Part shown: positions 8,201 through 16,440 of the stretch, piece after piece
Layout of the letters: the number at the start of each line of letters is the position of its first letter
How positions within the stretch are numbered: the stretch's first letter is position 1
Assembly: GCA_038206395.1 (NCBI GenBank)
Contig: JBBRAX010000061.1
Coordinates: 1 to 46,654 of the forward strand
Direction of reading: 5' to 3'
Length of the DNA: 46,654 nt
DNA from: Myxococcales bacterium
GTDB taxonomy: Bacteria > Myxococcota > Myxococcia > Myxococcales > Myxococcaceae
Position numbers and translations under genes: made by a program
The notes under the pieces: generated by a model
Databases searched by the model: none
Told to the model about the DNA's origin: nothing
Seen by the model: the letters and a program-made list of their open reading frames with translations, nothing else

Positions 8201-11006
8201 CGGCGACCTGCAGGTCTTCCTGCTCGGTGACGTACTTTGCCTTTCCTGTGGCGAAGCTCGTCTCGCGAAGGTTCGAGTGCCACACCCGCCGAAACAGCCG
8301 GACGCGGACTTCCTGGCCCTTGACCAGCTTGTCGTCGACGCCGACTGCGAGCACCGACGGCTCGAGCGTGGTCGCCTTCTCGAGGTAGCGCGGCAGCTTC
8401 ATGCCCAGCACGAACGGCGGCAGCGCCTTCACCTCGGTCGTCGCGGTAATCGGCTGCTCATCGGGGCCGGTGACGGTCGCCTCGAACGTGTAGACGCGCG
8501 CGCTGCCGTCGAGGTCGAGCTGGGGGTTGATGGTGATGTCGGCCGCTCCGGTGTCGTCGAGCTCGCCAGCCTGCGTGGTGACGTCGGGCGCGCGCGCGCT
8601 GCCAGGCCTTGCGAACTGCGTCGAGCTGGCGAACAGGTAGCCGTCGAGGCCCTTCGGCATCCAGTGGTAGGGACGCTGCGTCACCGACCAGGCGATCGCC
8701 TGGTTCCCGACGTTGCCGCCCGCGTAGTAGCGCGCGACTGCCTTCACCTTGAACGCCGCATCCAACGGGACCTTCGTCTTCCCCGTCAGCTGCACCTCGA
8801 ACGTCGGCACGCGGTACGCCTCGATGCGGAACTGGCGGGTAGAAATCGTGCGCGACGGGTCGGCCTCGTACAGCGACGCGGTGAAGGTGCCCGTCGGGGT
8901 GTTCTTCTCGTCGAAGGTGCCCGCGAAGCCCGCGAGCGCAGACGTGGTGAGGGGAATCTTCCATTGCTGGCCGTCGGGCCCGGTGACGATGCAGCCGATC
9001 GACTTCTGCTGCGCCGCGGTCGGCAGCTTCAGCTCGCCGGCCTGCTTCACCCGCGCGAACCCCTTGAGAAACACCGGCTCGCCCGGCTTGTAGATGGCGC
9101 GCTCGCTGAAGAGAAAGCCCAGGGTGCCTTCGTTGGGAGACGCCGGCATCAGCTTCGTGGTGAGCCAGCCGAGCCAGTCGCCGCTGCTCGACCAGTGGTT
9201 GTTCGCGAAGCGCGGTGGGCTCTCGCGCGGGTCGAGCACGAGGGAGTCGTCGCCGCTGACGACGCTGATGCGGGTGATCGCTTCCCAGCCCACGCGCGGG
9301 CCGAGGTTGGCGCGGCCTTCGGCGTCGGTGGTGAAGGACTCTTTGACGATCGGGCTCCAGTTCTTCGGCGCCTGGAAGGGCTTGATGAGGCGGCCTTCGA
9401 GGGTGACGGTCGCTGAGCGAACGGCGTCGCCATCGTCGAGGGTGCGAACGTAGATGATTGCCTTGTCGCGCTCTTCCACCGAGGTGAGGGTCAGGTTGGT
9501 GACCTGCACGCGGACCCACGCGCGCTCTGAACGTCCCGTGAGCCGGCGCAGGCCGACCAGGTAGGTGCCTGGCTTGCTGGCGCCAGTGACCGGGTCGAGC
9601 AGCCCTTTCAAGTCGAGCCCGAACTGGGTGGTGTTGCCCTTGTCGCCCAGCGGCAGATCGATGACCTTGCTCACCAGTGGAGTGCCGAGCAGCCGGATGT
9701 GCTTCTGCAGGCTGTTGCTGTCGACGTAGCCCGGCATCGCCGGCACCTCGGGCTCTTCACCGGGAAACGGCGGCGCCGTCTGTTCGTCGATCACGATCGG
9801 CGACGACGGCCAGGGCCACAGCCCGTTGTGGAGCGCGTCGACCCGGTAGATCCGCACGTCCGCGCGCGCATCGCCGTAGCCGGTGATGGGCAGCATCCGT
9901 GGACCTTTCGATTCAACGATCGCGGTCGACTGGTTCCACTTGAGGAAGGCCGACTTCCACCCGAGGTGGAAGAAGACCTCGGCGGGCTTCACCTCGCGAA
10001 GGCCGCGGCCGCTGTCGTCGACAATCGGCGCGGGGCCCAGCGTCATCTTGTAGAGCGTGTCGGGCACGAAGCGGCCGGCCAGCTGCACGCGGCTGCCCGA
10101 GCTGGTGAAGCGCAGGTCGGCGACGGCGGGCTCGAGGCGCACGAGCTTGCGAAGGCTGGTGAGGGTGAGGTCGGCGACGGGCGCAGAGAACTCGAGCTGC
10201 GGAGCGTCGCCGCGGTTGCCGCACGCGAGGGCCAGGTCTTTCGGGGTCGACGCTCCGCCGAGAAGAGAGAACGCGTTGCTGCCGCAGCGCACGCTGGTGA
10301 GGCTGAAGGCGGTGCGGGTCGACGCGCGCCCCGTCCACAGCGTGGTGCCTTCGTTGCCCAGGGCGAGCGCGAGGCTGACCACCAGCTGCTTGCCTTCGGG
10401 CACGTCGTCTTCGAGGGTCAGCGCGTAGGTAGCGGGGTCGCGCTGCGACGCGCGCGGCAGTGGGGCGACGGCCCAGGTGTTGATCTTCCGGCGCGGCGAA
10501 TCGGCGAGGCCCGGCAGATCGCGCACCTCGAGGGTGAGCATCTTCTTCAGGCTCGGCAGGGCGAGCGCCTGCGGGAAGGTGAGGGTGACGACGCGGAAGG
10601 GCTTGAGGCCTTCAGCTGACGGGGCGGGCGACATCGCGCTCGGCGCGGACATCATCGTGGTCAGCGTGCGGGTGGTGCTGCCAGCGGTGAACTGAAAGCG
10701 CGCCAGCGCGGGCCACGGCTCGGCCGGTCGGAACTGCAGCGTGCGGCGGTCGACCCAGACGAAAGCGCCCGGCCAGTCGGGCACCATCTTCATCCGCTTC
10801 GGCCCGTCGTCCGCGTTCGCCTTCGACGCGACCACGTCGTCGGGGAAGTAGACGGTCACCGGGTCGTAGCCGCGCAGGAAGTCGTCCGGGAGGATCTTGA
10901 GGCCGCCCGCCGGGCGCTGCCCCTGGTCGGCCGGTGCGTACGTCTGGGCGTGAACGGGGAAGCTGAGCAGCGCCGTGAGGAGGACGGCGGAACAAGGCAC
11001 TTTCAC
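5265..11006 (-). CDS. Bacterial alpha-2-macroglobulin family protein (YfhM/ECAM-like, thioester-containing), secreted
   Basis: The ORF is open to 11183. The GTG at 11006 gives an ideal signal peptide (M-KVPCSAVLLTALLSFPVHA|QTYAP) and 1913 aa. An intact thioester motif YPHGCLEQRMSQ lies at nt 6711-6725 (GCLEQ). The long N-terminal region is compatible with an MG-domain array. pbpC follows downstream on the same strand. Confidence 0.85.
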   Translation of the reverse strand: MKVPCSAVLLTALLSFPVHAQTYAPADQGQRPAGGLKILPDDFLRGYDPVTVYFPDDVVASKANADDGPKRMKMVPDWPGAFVWVDRRTLQFRPAEPWPALARFQFTAGSTTRTLTTMMSAPSAMSPAPSAEGLKPFRVVTLTFPQALALPSLKKMLTLEVRDLPGLADSPRRKINTWAVAPLPRASQRDPATYALTLEDDVPEGKQLVVSLALALGNEGTTLWTGRASTRTAFSLTSVRCGSNAFSLLGGASTPKDLALACGNRGDAPQLEFSAPVADLTLTSLRKLVRLEPAVADLRFTSSGSRVQLAGRFVPDTLYKMTLGPAPIVDDSGRGLREVKPAEVFFHLGWKSAFLKWNQSTAIVESKGPRMLPITGYGDARADVRIYRVDALHNGLWPWPSSPIVIDEQTAPPFPGEEPEVPAMPGYVDSNSLQKHIRLLGTPLVSKVIDLPLGDKGNTTQFGLDLKGLLDPVTGASKPGTYLVGLRRLTGRSERAWVRVQVTNLTLTSVEERDKAIIYVRTLDDGDAVRSATVTLEGRLIKPFQAPKNWSPIVKESFTTDAEGRANLGPRVGWEAITRISVVSGDDSLVLDPRESPPRFANNHWSSSGDWLGWLTTKLMPASPNEGTLGFLFSERAIYKPGEPVFLKGFARVKQAGELKLPTAAQQKSIGCIVTGPDGQQWKIPLTTSALAGFAGTFDEKNTPTGTFTASLYEADPSRTISTRQFRIEAYRVPTFEVQLTGKTKVPLDAAFKVKAVARYYAGGNVGNQAIAWSVTQRPYHWMPKGLDGYLFASSTQFARPGSARAPDVTTQAGELDDTGAADITINPQLDLDGSARVYTFEATVTGPDEQPITATTEVKALPPFVLGMKLPRYLEKATTLEPSVLAVGVDDKLVKGQEVRVRLFRRVWHSNLRETSFATGKAKYVTEQEDLQVAEKIVTSGDKPLPLSFDVKEAGVYVVELFSRDKLGRVQTMQADLYIGGQTPLSWNKSKEGVFELKPDKKTYAPGDTAHLLVQSPYTSARALVIVEEPTGNTYTWHNVSGGKAVIDVRVTDKFVPNVPVHVVLMRGRLGEGKTDDARYKPASSAASVDLEVEPVKNLVKLEVLHAEVAKPGTKQDFTILLTDDQKRPVGGEVTFWLVDEAVLSLAREATLDPLSELIRRNSRGTSIRDTRNLVVGRVTELEEDPGGDGSDDENGEGKRLVRKNFKTVPFYAATVTVPPSGKVVIPVTLSDDLTNFKVRVVAVAGAQRFGFKQTTLKVRLPVLVQPQLPRFVRVGDRFWPGGVARLVEGAEGPASIDIKVTGAVEGTPIASTKIDLKAAKAQSVLTPVTVKAVPTIAATSITVRMDVTRQSDKAGDAFEVKLPLLPDRTVEKFSWIETLQPGKTQMKPFPEPARPGTITQSFVVTSLPGVLELASGLEYLSEYPHGCLEQRMSQVAPDLVLGKMLKQLELETRFTPMLNSNVKRLLEELSQNQDDGGFFAYWPGSKGDVALTAQGVEFMTSAKKLGLPVDEKVRTRAMEALKRVLRSDFNGFYAQYRWNQQAAAIRALAQANALDEHYMIELFQRRKELDPTSLADLAAAMGERSNVFASNLTAMKSELWDAVVFKQVKGKKVFDSIRGDRSAWNGYYLGSSTSSLAAVMEALLAMDPKDERLALLRDGLIAKGSARWGFGTTHDNRRGIVALGLYFEKARVETPRITVEIPGTPNVILDDKGKAAKRFLNQATQQLVTVSGAPVGARVAYSYLPEAPGDRVVAKNDGLVVSRGLTWLHPDNSAPTNHDDAAGKTLKVGIGDVLELHAQIVNDQTRNHVAFVVPFAAGLEPLNPALATSGSDATPSRSDSLTPTFVQRLDHEVRYYFNELPAGTYGFHFRVRASSEGSFVHPAPYAEMMYRESIRGRGQGMRIAVTGSREK

Positions 11007-14000
11007 TTGGCGACTCCGATGCGATTGAAGAGATCTCTGAGGTACTCGTCGGGCACGTCGGCCTTCGCGCCGGCGAGGCCCACGAGAACGGGCTTGAAGC
11101 GAAGCGCCGCGTTGCCGGACTTCGGCGGCTGGCGCACGGTGAGCAAGTAGCTGCCTTTGTCGAGCGACAGCAGCTGCTGGCACCCTTCGCCGAGCAGCTG
11201 GTACCCGTCGTTGTAGACGGCGCAGTCCAGCGACTCGCTGCGCGCCTGAATGCCGAGGCCGACCTTCCCCTTGCTGGCGGTCTGGAACCGGTAGACGCGC
11301 ACCTCTGCCGGGGAAATCCAGTCTTCCGCGCCGACCCCTTCTTTGAGCGCCGCGACGGGCTCAGAGGTCCACCGCAAGAGCCCAGGCCCGGTCTGACCTG
11401 CGAAGGGCCGCACCACGAGCCGGTAGGTGCCGGGCGACAACAGCCGCACCAGCTCACAGCCCGCGTCGAGCCCGTCGACGGCGAGCAGATCGTTTCCCTT
11501 GAACAACGCGCACACGCCCGACTCGGCCGTCACGCGCACCACCGCGTCCTTCTCGACCACGATCGCGCGATCCATCTTCGTGGTGCCAATCGGCACTGCG
11601 ACCGCGGGAAGCAGCGCAGCTGCTGGCGTCGCCGCGGGCTCGACCCCCAACCGTCCCTGCCGATCGCGGCCGGTGGGAAAGACGGCGGCGCGCATCGCTC
11701 CGGGGCGGTGCTCGAGAATCAGCTCGGCCGACGCACCCGCCGGAATCGTGGCGCGGCAGCCAGTGCTTCTCACGCCGTCCGACAGCGCGAGCAGGCAGCG
11801 GTCGACGTTGCCCTCGACCAGCACGGTGCGCTCGGCCGAACCGGTGGGGATCTTCAGCCGCATCGTGCCGGGCACCCGCGGCGCGTCTTCGTACAGGCCC
11901 GTCAGCGTCGAGCCCTTCTCGGCAGAATCGAGCAGCACGGTCGTCACGTCCGCCGCCGGCTCGGCCGAGGTGATCGCGACCCGCCCGCCCTTGCCCGTCA
12001 GCACGCACCGCGCGAGCACGCTGCCGCTGGGCGCGCAGAAGTCCACCGCGCCGCCCTTGTCGTCGAGCAGCACCGCCCACGCATCGACCGGCAGCGTGAG
12101 CTCGAGCCGCGCGCGCGCACCGGGCGGCAGCGCGAAGACGCCCGCCTCGTCGACCCAGTTCAACCGGCGGCGGCCTGGCACCAACGCCTCGGCCTTCGAC
12201 GGCAACTTCAGCGCTCGGTACTCGAGCTTCGCCGTCACGGGAGTCTCGGGGTTGACCGGCGTCCAGGCGCGCATCACCGCCGTCGAGGTCACGCCCGTCG
12301 CTGCGAAGCACGTGCTGTCGCGCCCTTCACGAACGTTGCCCGGCCCATCGAAGCCACACGACGGCGACGTGCGCTCGCCGTGCGGCACCTGCCCGGTGAG
12401 CAGGAAGAGCGCCGTCGGCCCTTCGAACGCTTGAAGGTACGGCAGCCGCGACAAGCCTGCCTGGCTCGACTCGAGCTTCGACGAGAGCTCGAGGTTGACC
12501 GGATCCAGCGACACCTTCTGGTCGTCCTTGCCGAACGCCGCGAACACCGCCGGCCCCGCTTCCAGCGACACCTCGGGCCCACACGCGCGCAGCAGGCCGC
12601 GCTGATTCCCGGCGATGCAGAAGACGAAGGGCGAAGTCTTGAATCTGCCGGCGCTCTGCAAATTCTTCGAGCCGGCCGTCGCGCCATCGAGCGTGCTGCC
12701 GGTGAAGGGCTCGATCGGCCGCGACTTGTAGCCGACCGTCACCTGCGCACTGCCGTCGGTGGTCCACACCCGCACCCGGAACTTCTCGGTCATTGGGCGC
12801 ACCAGCAGGCCGCAGCTCGTGACGCGGCTCTGGCGATGCACGACCTGGCCCTGGCCGTCTTCCAGCGCGCAGGAAATCGGGGTCTTGTTGCTCTTGAAGG
12901 TCAGCTCGGCCACCGAGTCCTTCTCGGCTACGGGAATCGCGAAGGTCTGAACGGACGCCGCGAGCTTGAGCGCCGCAGCGTCGGTGACCAGGCCCTTGTC
13001 TTCCACCGCCGCGAGGGCGACCGACAGCTTCGTCTCGCCGCGCTGCTGGGTCTCGCTCTCGAGCACCAGCGTGTAGTTGCCCTTCACCACCGGCTCGGCG
13101 AGCGCGCAGTTCCAGTCGGCGCCGTTGTCGCTTCCTTCGAACACCAGCGTGCCCTTCTCGTCGAACAGCCGGCAGCGCACGTCGGCCTCGCCTTCGGTGC
13201 GCAGGCGCAGCGTGCCGTCACGGGGGACTTTCAGCGGCAGCGTGGTGGGCGTCGGCAGCGTGCGCGTCATCCCCGGCACCAGGGTGTCGCTGCCGAGGTG
13301 CAGCCGGTAGTCGACCCCCACGTTGCCGCGGCTGTGCTCGGCGACAATCTTGTACTGGCCCGGCGGCAGCGTGACCTTCACGCCCGACGGCGTCGTCGGC
13401 GGTCTGACTGCCTGCACAGCGGCGGCGCCCGCCGTCGTCCGTTCTTCTTCCTGCTCGCCTTCTTCTCCGCCGTCCTCGTCGTTCTCTTCGCGAGGCGGTT
13501 CTTCTTCGCGGTAGCCCTCTTCCTCGTCGCTGTCCTCGTTCGACGACTCGGCAATGGCTCGCGGGGGAATCACCTCGACCGCGCGCGGCGCCTTGTCCGT
13601 CTCGAGCAGGAAGATGCGGCCCTGCATTCCGCCCGTCAGCACCACGTCCAGCGTCAGCTCGCCCTCGAGCTTGAAGGTGAACTCGTCTTTTCCGTCGGGC
13701 CCAAGCTTCGCCGCGTACCAGGTGTGGAAATCGATTCCGTGCGGCTTGTTGCCCTTCAGCACCAGCGCCTCTTTCACCTTCTCGAGCCGCGTGCGGCGCA
13801 TCGACTCGACGGTCAGCGGCAGCTGCGTCCACAGGTAGGTGCCCGCGGGCAGGAAGCGGTTGCCGACGCACGCGGAAGGCACGGTCTCGATTGGCCAACC
13901 CTGCGCGTCATCGAGGCGGCACAGCAGCGATACGCCCTGGCCGGTGGTGCCCAGCGCGAAGTCCGCGTCGGCCTTCACGTTCAGCTTCTGCTGCACCAGC

Positions 14001-16252
14001 ACGCCGGGGTCGACGCGAAAGTACGCCTCACCATCGGTCGCGACGCTGGAAAATTCGCGAGGGCTGCTGCGCGTCATCACGACTCCGGCGCGCCCCTTCG
14101 AGCTGCCGGTGGTGGTGACGGTGACCATGTAGCGGCCGGGGCGCAAGTAGCCCGAGACGAGGCAGTTGCGGCCGCGGCCTCCCGAGGTGTCGCTGGCGAC
14201 CGCAGGGACCACGGGCGTGCGCATCCGGCACTGCGTCGTCAGCAGCCCGACGGTGGTGATGTTGTAGAGGCCCGCAGTGTCGACATCGAAGACCATCGAG
14301 TGCGACTGATTCCGTTCGAAGTCGAAGAACGCCGGAGCGTCCACCGGCACTCGCGGCAACGGCCTCGACGCCGGATTCCAGCCGGCCAGCGCCGGCACGG
14401 GCGCAGGCACCGGCAGCGTGCGCATCAACGTGATCGCCGCCACGCCATCGGTCGGGTTGGTCAGCGTCAGCACCTCGCCCTTCGCCGACGCCGGCACCGC
14501 GCAGCTACCGTCCTTCGAGTCTTGCAGCGCCGCGCCGTAGCCACACTTGAACGCAGCGCCCGCGGCCGAGCGGATGATCGGCACCAGCCCTGGGCCCAGC
14601 GGCAGCTTCACGGTGCGCCGCGCATCGAGGGTGAGGTGCAGGGGGGCAGCCAGCAGCAGAGGAAAGGGCTCGCTGACGAGCCCACGGGCGGTGATCGCTC
14701 CGACGCGGCTGAGCACGAGGCGGTACCGGCCCCCGTCGATGGGCGCGGTGAGCAGACAGCCGGCCTTCGGCGCGGTGGGCTTCAGCGCGCGCTGGTTGTC
14801 CTCGCGCACCACCAGCCGTTCGATTCCCGAGAGGCCGTTGTAGATCGACACCTGGTACGCGCCGGCCGTCAGCACCAGCGACTCGTTGCACAGCGCGTCT
14901 TTCGTGTCGGTCAGCTGCTTCAGGGTGCCGTTGTTCTCCTGCCGCGACACGTTGCAGCGGGTCTTGCGGTCGCCCTTCGTCTGAATGCGGTAGCGCTCGG
15001 ACTTCTTCACCTCGAACCAGACCGCCGCGCTGCTGCCGTCGTATTTGAACTGGGCGTCGATCATCTGGCCGTCTTCGATGGTGACGACGTCGCGCGCCAC
15101 CACCTCGGGCGTGTCGTCTGTGCGCAGGCGTTCGACCTGGCAGCCCAGCGGAGCGGCGTCGGTGTCGGCCGGCAGATCGTGCACGCCCAGCAGCGCGTCC
15201 CCATTCCACCCCTCGAAGAGAATCTGGGTCTGCATCCCGCCGTACCAGCCGCCGCGCCACGGCGTGCCTTCCTGGCCGTGGTTCGCCCACTCGATGGTGC
15301 CGCGCGTGTTCGGAGCGCCCCGTACCACCAGCAGGTGCTTCAGACTGGAAGTGGCGAACGCCGAGCACTGAGGCACCAGCTGCTTCGCTTCGATGTCGCA
15401 GGTGCGGCCGCCGCTGAGGCTGTTGTCGTTGTTGAAGTCGGCCAGCGCGAGGGTCGTCGTCGCCGCCAGTGTTCCATCGAGCGACAGCAGCGCCGCCGTC
15501 GACGCCGCAGGAATCTGCCAGGCCGCGAAGCCCGACGCGGGAAGCACGAAGGACAGCATGCGTTCGGAAGGGCCTAAGCGGTGGCCGAGCTCGATCGTCA
15601 GCGCGTCGCTGACCCCCGAGCCCGCCCACGGACGTTCGGCGGTGCCGTAGACGGTGACCAGGTAGTCGCCCGCTTCGAGCCGCGTGTTCAGGTTCCACTC
15701 GTGAATGCTGCGGCCCGGCTCGGGCGTGGCCAACGACTGCTCGAAGGGCACCTGCTCGAGCCACTCACCGTTTCTCCACACGGTGACCACGCCGGCGGTG
15801 CGGCCGAAGATGCGAAGGTTTGGAACCTCGGGCTTGTCCAAAGACAGCCAGAAGCTCGCTTGCTCGCCCGAGCGCAGCGTCTGTTCTTGCGGCCCCTTGT
15901 TCCGCTCGAGCTTCAGCGGCTTCGCGTTGAGTTCAGTGAACGCCTTCGCGGTGACGTCGACCTTGCCCTTGCCGCGCTTCGGCGACTGCAGGCGCAGCTT
16001 GTAGCTGCCGATGTCGAGCAGCAGGTCGGTGTCGCAGCTCGACTTTCCGGAGACGCCCGAGGTGGTGAAGGGGCCGCGCACTTTGTCGACGACGGTGCAC
16101 GAGGTGCCGCTGGGCGACTTCGCGGTGACGCGCACCATCGCGGGCGCGTCGAGGGTGACGACGGACTCCTGTTTCCCGGTCGCAGGGACAAGGGCCGGCG
16201 AGACGTTCACTGCACTCATCAGCAAAGCGATCGTCGGAATCAGAGAGGTCAT
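11003..16252 (-). CDS. Giant secreted Cys-rich repeat protein of unknown function (1749 aa), translationally coupled to the alpha-2-macroglobulin gene
   Basis: Continuous 1749-aa ORF with high GC3. N-terminal signal peptide MTSLIPTIALLMSAVNVSPALVPA. About 10 recurrences of a [AGP]G-x-Y-x-[LV]-x-[LV] motif (e.g. AGDYLVTVYG, GGRYRLVLSR, PGRYMVTVTT, AGTYLWTQLP, KGNYTLVLES, PGTYRLVVRP, KGSYLLTVRQ), suggesting tandem beta-sandwich modules (PPC-like). An acidic stretch SSNEDSDEEEGYREEEPPREENDEDGGEEGEQEEE is encoded at 13441-13552. No CxEQ thioester motif and no catalytic motif that I recognise. Its TGA stop at 11003-11005 overlaps the macroglobulin GTG at 11004-11006 (GTGA). Confidence 0.7.
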   Translation of the reverse strand: MTSLIPTIALLMSAVNVSPALVPATGKQESVVTLDAPAMVRVTAKSPSGTSCTVVDKVRGPFTTSGVSGKSSCDTDLLLDIGSYKLRLQSPKRGKGKVDVTAKAFTELNAKPLKLERNKGPQEQTLRSGEQASFWLSLDKPEVPNLRIFGRTAGVVTVWRNGEWLEQVPFEQSLATPEPGRSIHEWNLNTRLEAGDYLVTVYGTAERPWAGSGVSDALTIELGHRLGPSERMLSFVLPASGFAAWQIPAASTAALLSLDGTLAATTTLALADFNNDNSLSGGRTCDIEAKQLVPQCSAFATSSLKHLLVVRGAPNTRGTIEWANHGQEGTPWRGGWYGGMQTQILFEGWNGDALLGVHDLPADTDAAPLGCQVERLRTDDTPEVVARDVVTIEDGQMIDAQFKYDGSSAAVWFEVKKSERYRIQTKGDRKTRCNVSRQENNGTLKQLTDTKDALCNESLVLTAGAYQVSIYNGLSGIERLVVREDNQRALKPTAPKAGCLLTAPIDGGRYRLVLSRVGAITARGLVSEPFPLLLAAPLHLTLDARRTVKLPLGPGLVPIIRSAAGAAFKCGYGAALQDSKDGSCAVPASAKGEVLTLTNPTDGVAAITLMRTLPVPAPVPALAGWNPASRPLPRVPVDAPAFFDFERNQSHSMVFDVDTAGLYNITTVGLLTTQCRMRTPVVPAVASDTSGGRGRNCLVSGYLRPGRYMVTVTTTGSSKGRAGVVMTRSSPREFSSVATDGEAYFRVDPGVLVQQKLNVKADADFALGTTGQGVSLLCRLDDAQGWPIETVPSACVGNRFLPAGTYLWTQLPLTVESMRRTRLEKVKEALVLKGNKPHGIDFHTWYAAKLGPDGKDEFTFKLEGELTLDVVLTGGMQGRIFLLETDKAPRAVEVIPPRAIAESSNEDSDEEEGYREEEPPREENDEDGGEEGEQEEERTTAGAAAVQAVRPPTTPSGVKVTLPPGQYKIVAEHSRGNVGVDYRLHLGSDTLVPGMTRTLPTPTTLPLKVPRDGTLRLRTEGEADVRCRLFDEKGTLVFEGSDNGADWNCALAEPVVKGNYTLVLESETQQRGETKLSVALAAVEDKGLVTDAAALKLAASVQTFAIPVAEKDSVAELTFKSNKTPISCALEDGQGQVVHRQSRVTSCGLLVRPMTEKFRVRVWTTDGSAQVTVGYKSRPIEPFTGSTLDGATAGSKNLQSAGRFKTSPFVFCIAGNQRGLLRACGPEVSLEAGPAVFAAFGKDDQKVSLDPVNLELSSKLESSQAGLSRLPYLQAFEGPTALFLLTGQVPHGERTSPSCGFDGPGNVREGRDSTCFAATGVTSTAVMRAWTPVNPETPVTAKLEYRALKLPSKAEALVPGRRRLNWVDEAGVFALPPGARARLELTLPVDAWAVLLDDKGGAVDFCAPSGSVLARCVLTGKGGRVAITSAEPAADVTTVLLDSAEKGSTLTGLYEDAPRVPGTMRLKIPTGSAERTVLVEGNVDRCLLALSDGVRSTGCRATIPAGASAELILEHRPGAMRAAVFPTGRDRQGRLGVEPAATPAAALLPAVAVPIGTTKMDRAIVVEKDAVVRVTAESGVCALFKGNDLLAVDGLDAGCELVRLLSPGTYRLVVRPFAGQTGPGLLRWTSEPVAALKEGVGAEDWISPAEVRVYRFQTASKGKVGLGIQARSESLDCAVYNDGYQLLGEGCQQLLSLDKGSYLLTVRQPPKSGNAALRFKPVLVGLAGAKADVPDEYLRDLFNRIGVAK

Positions 16253-16440
16253 TGGGGCGCACGCACGCTAGCGGCTGGGGTCGCTACAGCAAGGTGCAAG
16301 CCACTTTCGTTGCAGAGGGAGCAGCGCTTTGTGGCCGCAATTCTTCGAGGGCCGCGGGCCGCTGTTTCGTGGGTGCTGGACAGCGTGTGCGACAAGGTGC
16401 TACCTGCGCCTACCTATTCTAAAGGAGCGGGGAAAAACAG

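Noticed and set aside
11708-15577. 1289-aa + strand ORF antisense to the giant secreted protein gene. Similar long antisense ORFs at 5979-7571, 7686-9416, 17686-19104, 19210-21198, 21262-24288, 26447-28804 and 34518-36527.
   Set aside because: All are reverse-strand shadows of convincing genes. Their translations are dominated by R/A/G/P/L runs with no domain-like segments. High GC permits long stop-free antisense frames by chance.
16287-16310. Sigma-54-like -24/-12 element (AGCCAC-N5-TTGCA) upstream of the lipoprotein gene
   Set aside because: The critical GG of the -24 box is GC here. A single near-match in GC-rich DNA is expected by chance. No enhancer-binding-protein gene nearby.
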